From Cycas panzhihuaensis (taxonomy: Eukaryota; Plantae; Cycadophyta), in contig CM041465.1 in assembly GCA_023213395.1 (NCBI GenBank), positions 47,251,741 through 47,315,740 of the forward strand: a stretch of 64,000 bases of DNA, written 5' to 3'. The position numbers and the translations under genes were made by a program. This document shows, piece by piece, positions 1 through 10,571 of this stretch. How positions within the stretch are numbered: position 1 is the first letter of the stretch; each line of letters starts with the position of its first letter. The notes under the pieces were generated by a model, which did no database searches, had not been told where the DNA came from, and worked only from the letters and a program-made list of their open reading frames with translations.

Positions 1-3
1 ATA

Positions 4-1122
4 GTGAGAAATGGTTACAATGACTTAGGATCAAATCCAACCGACATCGAAAAAGCTACATACAAAGAAAATATCAAAAAAGATAATGAAGCCTTAGCCC
101 TTATTTTTTACGCTTTGGAAGATCATGTTTTCCCACGCGTTAGTGAATCCATTAAGTCCAAAGAGGCTTGGGATACTTTACAGCTTATATACGAAGGGGC
201 TGCGTCCTCTAAACTACAAAACTTAAGAAGTAAGTTCAAAAATTTACGTATGATGCCTCATGAATCAATAACTGAATTTATGACCAAGATTTAAGACATA
301 GTTAACCAAATGAGGTCCCTTGGGGATACCTTAACCGAACAAAGAGTTGTTGAACGGATCCTTCGATGTGTAGGAGCCGTTAGACGCTTTGAGATGGTAG
401 CTACTAGTATTAGTGTATCTAAAGACCTAAGTACCCTCAAAATAGAACAACTTACTGCTATGCTCATGTCCATAGAAGAGCAACAAGCTGCCAATGAAAC
501 CTTAGAACATGCCTTTGCTACAAAGGCCAATATTCAACCTAATCCTCAAGATGGCACTTCAAACCAAAATGAATCTCCTCTAAGGCGAAAAGATGAAAAC
601 CCTAGAAATGAACCTAGACAAAATCCTCCACGATACCAAGCTCCTCATAATAGACAAGGACGACCCCCACAACATGAAAATTCTCCTAGACATTCAAACA
701 CTCAAAGAAACCCTAACCAACAAAGACAAGTTGAAAATCCTCCATGTTGTCCACATTGTCATGGGAACCCACAACCTTCTAGAACACCTCAAAACTATCG
801 TGACCAACCAAGAAATAATCATACTCAATTCTATGAGGAAAGGGGGAGACCTCTCAACTTTGATCACTCTTCACCAAGGAATCAAAATCTTAGTTATGGA
901 AAAAGAGATCAACTATATTGCACTTATTACCGTAGAAATGGTCACACTGAAGATAAGTGTTTTTCCAAACATGGACCACCCTCTAGAGGACATGTGTCAA
1001 ATACATCAGAATCTAAAATCAACAATAGGTTATTTCTATCTAGTTTTTCAAACCAGGAAGAAGAGGATGATAGTTGGTACATTGATTCTGGTTGTTCCAC
1101 CCATATGACCCATAAAGAATAA
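4..1122 (+). pseudogene. gag: Copia A gag (UBN2-type core, Q/N/P/R-rich linker, degenerate zinc knuckle) and start of protease
   Basis: SKEAWDTLQ and KLQNLRSKF motifs; CTYYRRNGHTEDKC knuckle; WYIDSGCSTHMT; in-frame stops at 292-294 and 1120-1122. Confidence 0.9.
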
Positions 1123-1134
1123 TTATTTCAAACT

Positions 1135-2330
1135 TTGGATACAAATAAGAAAGGGTCTATTATGTTTGGAGACAACACCTCTCACCAATCGATTGGAAAA
1201 GGTAACATTGCCTTATTGACTGATAGTGGTGAATACAAATATTTAAATGATGTTCTATACGTCCCCGCTTTAAAGAAAAACTTACTATCGGTAGGACAGA
1301 GGATGGGACAAGACTATAAAATAATTTTTGACAACGACGAATGTGTTATTAAAGACAAACGACAAAATGAAGCTATTGTTGCTAGGGGTATCATGACTAA
1401 AGATCGTCTATTTAAACTTACTATCACCCCCTCAGATACATATGCCCTTAGAACCACAACTACTATGGATAGTGACCTATGGCATCGACGTTTCGGTCAC
1501 CTTAATTATACAAGTTTAGCCCTTATGAAAAGATTAGATATGGTTAATGGCTTACCCCCTATTGATGTTAATAAAGAGTTGTGTGAGGGATGCCTTCTTG
1601 GAAAACACCATAGAGAAAGTTTTCCAGACTTTAGCCATCGGGCATCTGCCCCTCTTCAACTCATCTACACAGATATTTGTGGCCCAATGGCCACTCCCTC
1701 TCGGCGGTGCCAAATATTTCCTTACATTCATTGATGACTTTACAAGAAAGACTTGGGTGTTCTTTCTCAAATACAAATCAGATGCTTTTGACCACTTTGT
1801 TGACTTCAAAACCTTCGTTGAGCGACAAAGTGGATATCATATCCTCTCCTTAAGATCAGATAATGGGGGAGAATTTACCTCTAATATCTTCAAAGACATC
1901 AGTATCCAACATGGGATTAGGCGACAACATACCAACCCCTACACCCCACAACAAAATGGTGTAGGCGAAAGGAAAACAGAACTATCGTAGAAATGGCACG
2001 TTGTATGCTTAAAGATAAAAACTTAGGCCATGAATTTTGGGTCAAGTCCATACCACGCCTACTTACTTAATCGATGTTCCACAAAAGTTAAGGGAAGACA
2101 CGGAAGAAGCATGGACAGTTATAAACCTAGATCCGTCACCTTAAGGTATTTGGTACATTTAGCCTATGCCCACATCCCCACTAAAGAAGAACCAAATTAG
2201 ATGATCATAGTTTAAAATGTATCTTTATTGGATATAGTGAATCATCAAAATCTTACAAAGTTTATGATCCCAAATCCCGAAAAGTTATACTGAGTAGGGA
2301 TGTCAAATTTCAAGAAGACACCTACTATCA
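1135..2330 (+). pseudogene. pol: Copia A protease C-terminus, GAG-pre-integrase and integrase core
   Basis: LWHRRFGHLN, CEGC, TDICGP, FIDDFTRKTW, RSDNGGEF, TPQQNG; frameshifts near 1700, 1970 and 2040-2200. Confidence 0.92.
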
Positions 2331-2583
2331 AAATAATCACGAACAACAAAAGGACATTACTATTAAGTTTAATGCATCAAATACATCCAAATATGTGCCA
2401 CCTATGTGGAGAACCTCTCCAGAAACTACTAGGGAAACAACATCACCTCAACCACCATCACAACCCCTACCTAAATGGGTTCAACGCAATCATGACTTAG
2501 GAAATATATTAGATAACAATCGAAGATCTACACGTTCACACAAAGTTAACTTCGCTCTAATGAGTAAGTTACTTGAAAGTCAT

Positions 2584-4100
2584 GAGCCTCAAACCTTTGG
2601 TGAGGCTAATCAACATGAGTGCTGGCAAAAAGCCATGCAAGAGGAATATAAATCTATCGTTAAAAATGACACTTGGGAACTTGTAGACTTACCACCAAGA
2701 AAGAAAGCCATTGGAACCAAATGGGTTTATAAGACTAAGTTCCATTCTGATGGATCAATTGATAAATATAAAGCTCGTTTAGTTGCCAAAGGATATGCCC
2801 AAAGAGAAGGCATAGACTATACCGAAACATTTGCCCTAGTTGCTAGAATGGAATCAGTTCGCATGATAATAAGTTTAGCCCAAATGGGTTGGCTTTGTTT
2901 ATCAAATGGATGTAAAAAGTGCTTTCTTAAATGGTTATATCCAAGAAGATATCTATGTCTCTCAACCCCTCAGTTTTGTAGTCAGGGGGGAAGAAAACAA
3001 AGTGTATAAGTTAAAGAAAGCATTATATGGTCTAAAACAAGCACCTAGGGCTTGGTATTCCCGTATAGACACATATCTTAAAGATCAAGGGTTTGAAAGA
3101 TCTCAAGCAGATCCAAACCTATACACTAAAATTAAAGGAAATTCGATATTGACTGTAGGTCTTTACGTAGATGACTTAATTTATACTGGAAATGACTCCC
3201 AACTCTTAAATCAATTTAAAGAAGCTATGTGTAAGGAATTCGAAATGACAGACTTAGGTCTTATGCACTACTTCCTAGGATTGGAAGTGTGGCAAGATAA
3301 ACAAGGAATATTTATATCTCAACGTAAATATATATTAGACCTTCTACAAAGATTTAATATGACAAACTGTAAACCATTATCAATACCAGCAGAAATTGGA
3401 ATTAAACTCTCTAAGACAGATGACTCAAGTTCAGTTGATCCCACTCACTATAGACAATTGATTGGGAGCCTACTTTATTTAACCTCTACTCGACCTGATA
3501 TAACATACTCTGTAAGTGTTGTATCTAGATTTATACAGGAGCCAAAGACATCCCATTGGCAAGCTACTAAAAGAATCCTCAGATACCTTAAAGGGACTTC
3601 AGACTTTGGACTATACTACAAACCTACATCCGAGTTTCAGTTAACTGGTTACACAGATTCAGATTGGGCTGGTGATATTGATGATAGGAAATCTACTTCC
3701 GGTTATGCATTTAGTATGGGATCAGCAGCAGTAGCTTGGAGTTCAAAGAAACAAAATACCGTTTCCTTATCCACAACCGAAGCAGAATATAAAGCCGCAG
3801 TGTTAGGAGCCTGTGAATCAATCTGGTTAAGAAGACTCTTACAGGATTTTCAAATTAAACAGCAAGGCCCCACTAAAATTTGGTGTGACAATCAGAGCGC
3901 TATTCAAATGACCAAAAATCCAGTATTCCATGGCAGAACAAAGCACATTGAAACTCAATACCACTTTATTCTGAACTTGTACAAGCGTAAGAGATAGAGT
4001 TGACTTATCAGAAGATCAAGATCAAACAAAGGATATTTTACAAAGGCCTTGGGAAAAATCAAGTTTGAAAAGTTCAGAGATGATTTAGGAGTCATACACA
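2584..4100 (+). pseudogene. pol: Copia A reverse transcriptase and RNase H
   Basis: KARLVAKGY, MDVKSAFLNG, LYGLKQAPRAW, YVDD, TDSDWAG, STTEAEY, CDNQSAI, RTKHI; frameshifts near 2880 and 3970-4040. Confidence 0.95.
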
Positions 4101-4119
4101 TTGGGCTTATGGGGGAGAA

Positions 4120-4454
4120 TGTTGGGAATAATCCCAATGTACATGCACTAGAGCACTTAGGGCCCCTCAAAGCCACCTTTGAGGGCCCCTAGGGCACCTT
4201 GAGCCGTTCAATAGCCGCCCGGACCGACCACTCACGTGAGGTACGTATAACCGTTATTTATTTTTTATATTTTTTCAAACTAACCTTATTTGTTGTGCAG
4301 CTAGGGTGATGGCACCCGACGCCTCCCCGAATTCTCTATATAAGGGTTGGGAATACCTCCCTGGTGTTTATCAACACCGCCACTCTTTCGGAAATCACCG
4401 TTGTACTCAAGATGAAAGCTTCGTGATGTCCTGCTCTGCCCTCCGACTCCATCA
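4120..4454 (+). repeat. 3' LTR of copia A (335 bp)
   Basis: Starts TG directly after the PPT; TATA CTATATAA 4336-4343; similar along most of its length to the LTR at 58522-58876; sequence after 4454 aligns to element B's LTR. Confidence 0.8.
4231..4343 (+). promoter_or_regulatory. LTR promoter: palindromic G-box CTCACGTGAG and TATA box
   Basis: CACGTG at 4233-4238 within a perfect 10-bp palindrome; CTATATAA at 4336-4343. Confidence 0.55.
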
Positions 4455-5373
4455 CTGCCTCAAGGCCATTAGTCCCCAAATCCCCTAGTTGGGGGCCCTT
4501 CAACAAGCCCTTAGACCCCATAAAGCAGCTCAAATGTAACATCTATACATATGTAACACTTGTAATATGCTCAATACATCTAATAGTCTCCCACTTATTA
4601 AATGCTTTGTAAGAAACTTATATATACAACTACTAAATGTCTAAATCATACACATCAATTGATTTTCTATACTAATTAAAACTTTTTATATTAATAGCCT
4701 TAGTTAATGAGTCTGCAACATTATATTATGTAGCGACCTTCTAAAAGTTCACCTTATTAGAATCAACCTTTTCTCTTATAAAATAGAACTACACATTAAT
4801 ATGCTTCAATCTAGCATGAAAAGTAGGGTTCTTAGTCAGATAGATTACACTTTGACTATCACAATCTATCCTCATAGCTTCCTACTTAAATACAATATTT
4901 ATGCATAACCTTTATAACTAAACTACTTCCTTACATACATGAGGAACTACTATATACTATGCTTCTATGATTAAAAGTATAACAACTTATTCCCTCTTTG
5001 TTATCCAACTGATTGCACCACAACAAAGGGTAAACCCATACCTGCTTATAAATATTTTATTGTTAAGATCTATTACCTAATTAGCATTAATAAATCCTTT
5101 TCTACTCTATATGGGAACTCCTTAGTAGTAAATTTCATAGTCTCATATGCTTCACATATATTAAAAAATCATATTTATAGCATCCCAATACTCACTACTT
5201 AGGTTTAACATGTATTTACTAATAACTCCTACTACATGGGTAATGTTTGACCAAGTACTAACCATTACATACATTAGACTTTTGATTGCATTTACATATG
5301 GGACAAAAGCTATGTCCTCAACATCTTAGTGAGTTTTTGGGCATTTCTTAACTAAAAGTTTAACATTAATAAG

Positions 5374-8300
5374 TGGAATCACACCTCTGGGGGAGTTAAC
5401 TAAACTTAGATGAGGTCAAGCTAAATGATCAATTACTTAGGTAGATATGGACCTATGGTGGCAAGTGAAAGAAATCACCCACAAAGGCCACTTGTGTATC
5501 AGAATGCAGGTTTGGGACCCGTAAATAGTACATAGACTCCTTTGAGGCAACCCTTCCTAGATTTGGAGTGGCAGGGAAGTGAGGGATCTCCTCGGTTTCC
5601 TAAGTAACCTCAAGAGGGGCCCTCCCGTCCTTGGGTGGTCAAAGGAGGGAGGAAAGAAAGGGCGAGGGAATGGCTCCTCACATGGAAAGGGAGTTTGAAG
5701 GAGATGACTTTAGTAGAAAAAAATGATGGTACATGCACGTGAGGGGTTAGGAGGATGACTAATCTCATGGGTTAGGTATTGACCTAAAGGCCACACTAAA
5801 GTAGTCTAAGCAAACTGAGTAGAGAATACAAAGAAAGCGGCCTTGCAAGAGGGATTCCATAAAGGCTCCAAATCTAAGAGGATCTTAGGGGTAAGAACCA
5901 ATAAAAGAGATGTCTTAATGTTTATATTTATTGGTTGCAATGTGGAGTGATGTAGAGAGGGTGAAGTGCATGTAACAATGTGTTTTTATGTGTGAAGAAG
6001 TTACTTTTCAAAGTAAGAAAATAATATGGAATTCTCACTCATTTACCCATACATATAACCTTACTCTTTTTATCTTTAGAATACAAGAAGGAAATATTAC
6101 AAAGGAAAGCTATATGGCACAAGAAAAATATATGCAATAGACGTAGGGTCACTAGGTGATGCAACAAGGTAAAAGGGGTGCGGGCTTGCACATGCATAAG
6201 TTCTACATGCACTTTACAAGGAAGCAAGTAAACTAGTTAAGTGTATGTGACCTAAGTTAATCCTTCTTCTTTCCCTTTTCTCCAAATGATGTACAAGCAA
6301 AAGGAAGAGAGAAAAGAAAGGAAAATTAGGAAAGTGCAAGGTGTACCTAGAATATGACGACCGAAGTAGTGCTCCCCTTGTTATGCTCGCTATCCTTGTC
6401 CTTCTCCAACCATGGGTGATGCGGCAGAATAATGTTGATAAAGAAGATGAGGGGTGCTCCCTTGCCTTCCTCCAAATCAAAGGAAAAGAAAAGAAAAAGA
6501 AATTAATGCAAGGGAATACAAAGGTAAATACAACTTTATGAGCCAAAGGAAATGATGGTTGGAAAGGGAGGAACGTACCTGGAACAGAACCTCCTTCACT
6601 CTCCACATGCAACAAGATGACTTGTAATCAAACAAGGTTTACTCTTTCCCAATGGGTGAAAAATATATATAGGATAGATGTACAATATGGAGAATGACAG
6701 GATACACGTATCTTAGTTAAGAAACACATGCATCACAATATCACCCTTTATCCTTTATATGTCATCTAATAAACAATATGGGGAGAAGGGGTAAAAGGGA
6801 GAAGAAGGATGGCTAGCCTTAGAATGGATAACCCTCTAGATCAGCAAGTACTCTATGCTTCCCACGTACCAAGATGTGAAGGGAGGAAAGTACAACAAAC
6901 TTTTAGAATGTAAGCTAAGAAGTAGTGAATAATGTTGTAAATGTCACCAATGTTGCAGAAGTTGCAACGTGCGACTTTTGTAACTTTGACAAGGCTAAGC
7001 CAAAAGGCGAAAGAGATATGGGATGGGGGTTGAAAACCCACTTGTGTAGGACCAACAAGGATTAGTAGCAAGCATAGCAATGGGCTACCTACGCTGCTGC
7101 AATTAGTGACCTTCCTTCTAACAACCCTTTAAAAACCCAAGGGAAGCACGAAGAAGATGAGATGAGGAGAGAAGGGGGCTACTCTTGAGGAGAAGGCTTA
7201 CTGGGTGCAAAACCCTACCTTGGTTCCTTTCACTCTCCGTGAATGCCTCTTCTTTGTTGCCTCCTTGAAGAAACCAAGGAGTAGCCAGAAGAACAAAAGG
7301 AAACCAACGAAAAAGGGAGGGTTTGCCTCCTATTTACATTAGAGAAAATATAGGGAAAGTGTTATAAAAGTATTGACAAACGATATTTATGTTACTCAAA
7401 AGAAGGTAAAAGAAAGTATAAGCTCAAAGATACCTGTTGTATGCAGATCATAGATGGATCTGCTTGAGAAAAAGGGAGAGAAACCAACCCTATGGGGTTT
7501 GCAGGTGGGGAACCCCAAAGGAGTAACAAGTTGGAAAGAAACTAGAGTGAAGAGGAGAATCTGAGCTTGATGGAGTACTTGGAGCATGATCTTCACTTGG
7601 GTGGCCATGTTATAGGCATGTTGCTGTGTGTTTGGAGCTGTAGGAGGCTAGTAGTTGGCTAAGAAGATGATGTAGTAGGTTCTGTCCTAATAAAGGGCAT
7701 TTCTTGATGAAGTGGTAAAAAAAAATGAATGTGTGAGAGAGAGAGAGAGAGCAAATGAGTATGTTTTTAGGTTTTTATACCCAACCCTAGCTCAATCAAA
7801 AGATTAAGGTTTAGCCTGGGCTAGGAATAAGTCCTTGCCACATGGCAATTTTATAATAAATGTGAAATTAGCCATGGTAGATTTTAAAAAATAAATTATG
7901 ATAGTTGCCCCATAGTAAACTTAGTGATACCGTGAAGTTTACAGTGATACCATGAAGTTTGTTACAGTGCAGCATAAACATGGAGAAAAATAAAGAGAAA
8001 GAAACTTAAAAGCTCTAAAAAAAAGAGGGAACTCAGGCCTAGAGGGGTAGGATACTCTGTCCAGGCGGCAAGAAAGGGTTATAGGTCTTAGGAGAGCCTA
8101 TAACAGATAGATACTAACGGTGAGAAGTTCCTAAAAAGTCAACAAATAGGTGGAGGATGCTAACCAAGCCTAGGGGAGGTGTTAGAGGTCATGATACACT
8201 GATAGGTGATGAGATTAGGCTATAGAGGCTAAAATGGTACTTGGGAGCATTGTGAAGACATGGAGGAGGGTTATAGAGTGCCATGGGATTCATATCCCTA

Positions 8301-8506
8301 GATTGTTATAGGTTGGAAAAAAGTTCTAAGATGCAGTATAGCCAAGCAGTGGATGTATAATGATCATGCAGTGAATCAATCATTGTGTAATGCAAATGCA
8401 GTGCCTCAATCCACCTTTCCTAGAACTGATAAAGGCCAGGGATAGAAGTGCATCTGTACTTACCTAAGTTGACTTGCCTGTGTCCATTCCCGGTAGCCAA
8501 GAAACA
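5374..8506 (-). mobile_element. Solo LTR C (3.13 kb), Ogre/Tat-like Gypsy
   Basis: TG...CA termini; TSD ATAAG 5369-5373 / ACAAG 8507-8511; B reading frame rejoins across it; terminus CCATTCCCGGTAGCCAAGAAACA resembles LTRs E and F; minus-strand TATA ~7772-7780 followed by a CT tract. Confidence 0.8.
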
Positions 8507-8511
8507 ACAAG

Positions 8512-10571
8512 AAAAGAAACATCAACTAGATTATAGTCTTGTGTCCTAAATCATTATAGTATTGTTTTAATATATTATCTTTGGTTGAGCTAAATCTTCC
8601 TCTTTTCCTTGTCTCTCTTGATTTCAATGCCCAAAATAAAATTTGAAACATTAAGTTCCTTCATCTTAAAATGAGATCCCAATTTGGATTTCACAAGCTA
8701 GTTTATTTCTTTACGGCTAGCTATTAATAATATATCATCAACATATAAAGCTAAGATAATAAAGTGGTCACTAACTTATTTAAAATAGATGTAGAAATCA
8801 ACCATATTGTGCATAAATCCATCAACCACCATATATGAGTCAATTTTTTGGTACCACATCCTTAATGACTATTACAAGCCATATATTGAATTCTTCAACT
8901 TGCACACTATATTCTTCTTATTTGTAACTTTAAAACCTTTAGACTGTAACATATAATTTCTTCCTTAAGGTCACTATAAAGAAAAATTATCTTTATATAC
9001 ATTTGATCCACCTCAAGATTACATGCTACATTCAATAGAAATTTGATTGAACCTAATTTTACAATAGGATAAAAAACTTTATCAAAATATATTCCCTTTA
9101 CTCAGGAATAACCTTTTTCTACTAAATAGGCCTTGTACTTTTCCACAGTATCATCTACTCAAAACTTCATTTTGAAGATCTATTTATTATCAATAGGTTT
9201 CCTATTATTAGTAGATTTACTAAGCCCTTTATTTCACTTTTATCTAAGGCCATTATTTCTTCTTCCATGGACCATTTCTAGAGTTGGCTCTTTTTTGACT
9301 CTAGATCCTCTCAAATAATACATAGATTTTTACCTATAACAACTAAAATAAATGAGGAGTGATGAAAGTCTTTAAGAATATACCTATTAGGGTATTTTTT
9401 CTTCTTATGATTTGATCTCCTCAAGATGTGAGGTTCTTGAGATTGGGCCACCTCCTCAGTTGTTTCATCCTCTTCAACTAATCTCTCTTATTTTAAACTA
9501 CACCTTCTTAGAGTCTTCCTCCTTTGGTTCTTTATCCTAGTTTAGAGACTTAAACTCCTTTCTAAAGATAACATCATGGCTATACATAACTTTCTATGAT
9601 TTAGGGTTATAAAGATTATACCCTTTTACTACATTACCATTATTTATAAAATATATACTTTTGTGCTTTTAAATTAAGCTTTTCCCTTTGTAGTCTAGAA
9701 ACATACACAAAAGATTCACAACCAAAGACTTTGAGATGGTTTCTTACTACACACTTCTCTAGGTTTTTTATTTACCAAATAGTCATCAGTGATTTGTTTA
9801 TTACATAGCTCATAATCATCATAGCCTTAGCCCAGAATTTCTTATCTAAACTAGTAATATTGAGCATACTCCTTGATCTTTCCATCAAGGTCCTATTCAT
9901 CCTTTTAGTAACTCTATTCTACTATGGCATATAAAGAGTTATCTTCTACCTTGATATTCCACATTGCTTATACAACTTCTTAAATTCATTTAAGTAAAAC
10001 TCACCTTTATTATCTATTTTTAGAACCTTAATCCTCCTATCAATCTACTTTTTAACCAAGGCCTTGAATTCTTTGATTTTGTTGAAAACTTCATATTTTT
10101 ACTTGAAAAAGTAAAGCTATAGCTTTCTCGAGAAATCATCAATGAATAAGAAAAAATACTTGGACCCACCCAAAGATGGTACATTAATGGGCCTAAAAAC
10201 ACCATTGTGTACTAGTTGCAAAATCCTCTTTACTCTCTTCCAATTAGAAGGAAAACTTACATGATTCTATTTGCCATAAGCATAATGATTATAGAAATTA
10301 AAATCAAATAAGTTATCAATCTCAAAGTTATCTTTAGCCATACCTTTGTTGAGTAAATCATGTGCAATTTTTTCTCCAATGTGGACCAATCTCTAATGCC
10401 ATGGTATAGTCTTATTAGTTAATAATACTTGGATACCACTTGTATTACTGTTACATTCTGTAATAGTTAAACTATACCTACCAACACTCATTGTGCTAGT
10501 ATTAAGCTTATATAATATTTCATATAGGACTCCTTTCACTAACACTAATACTCCTTAAACTATTATGTAAC
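8512..10571 (-). pseudogene. pol: Copia B RT N-terminal part, integrase and GAG-pre-integrase (heavily decayed)
   Basis: Minus-strand remnants of LYVDD (rc of ATCATCAACATATAAAG ~8734-8750), TLMERSRSML and WH.RL.HIG; many nonsense codons. Confidence 0.8.

Larger units (their letters stand above)
1..4454 (+). mobile_element. Young Ty1/copia LTR retrotransposon A (Ivana/Ale-like), 5' end outside window
   Basis: gag-PR-INT-RT-RH domain order in the ORF track; PPT GGGGGAGAA 4111-4119; 3' LTR TGTTG...CATCA 4120-4454; CpGs largely retained. Confidence 0.95.

Noticed and set aside
4455-4505. CAACA at 4501-4505 as the end of copia A's LTR
   Set aside because: 4455-4585 aligns to element B's other LTR (19020-19122 plus 36764-36800), and LTR H's length fits an end at 4454
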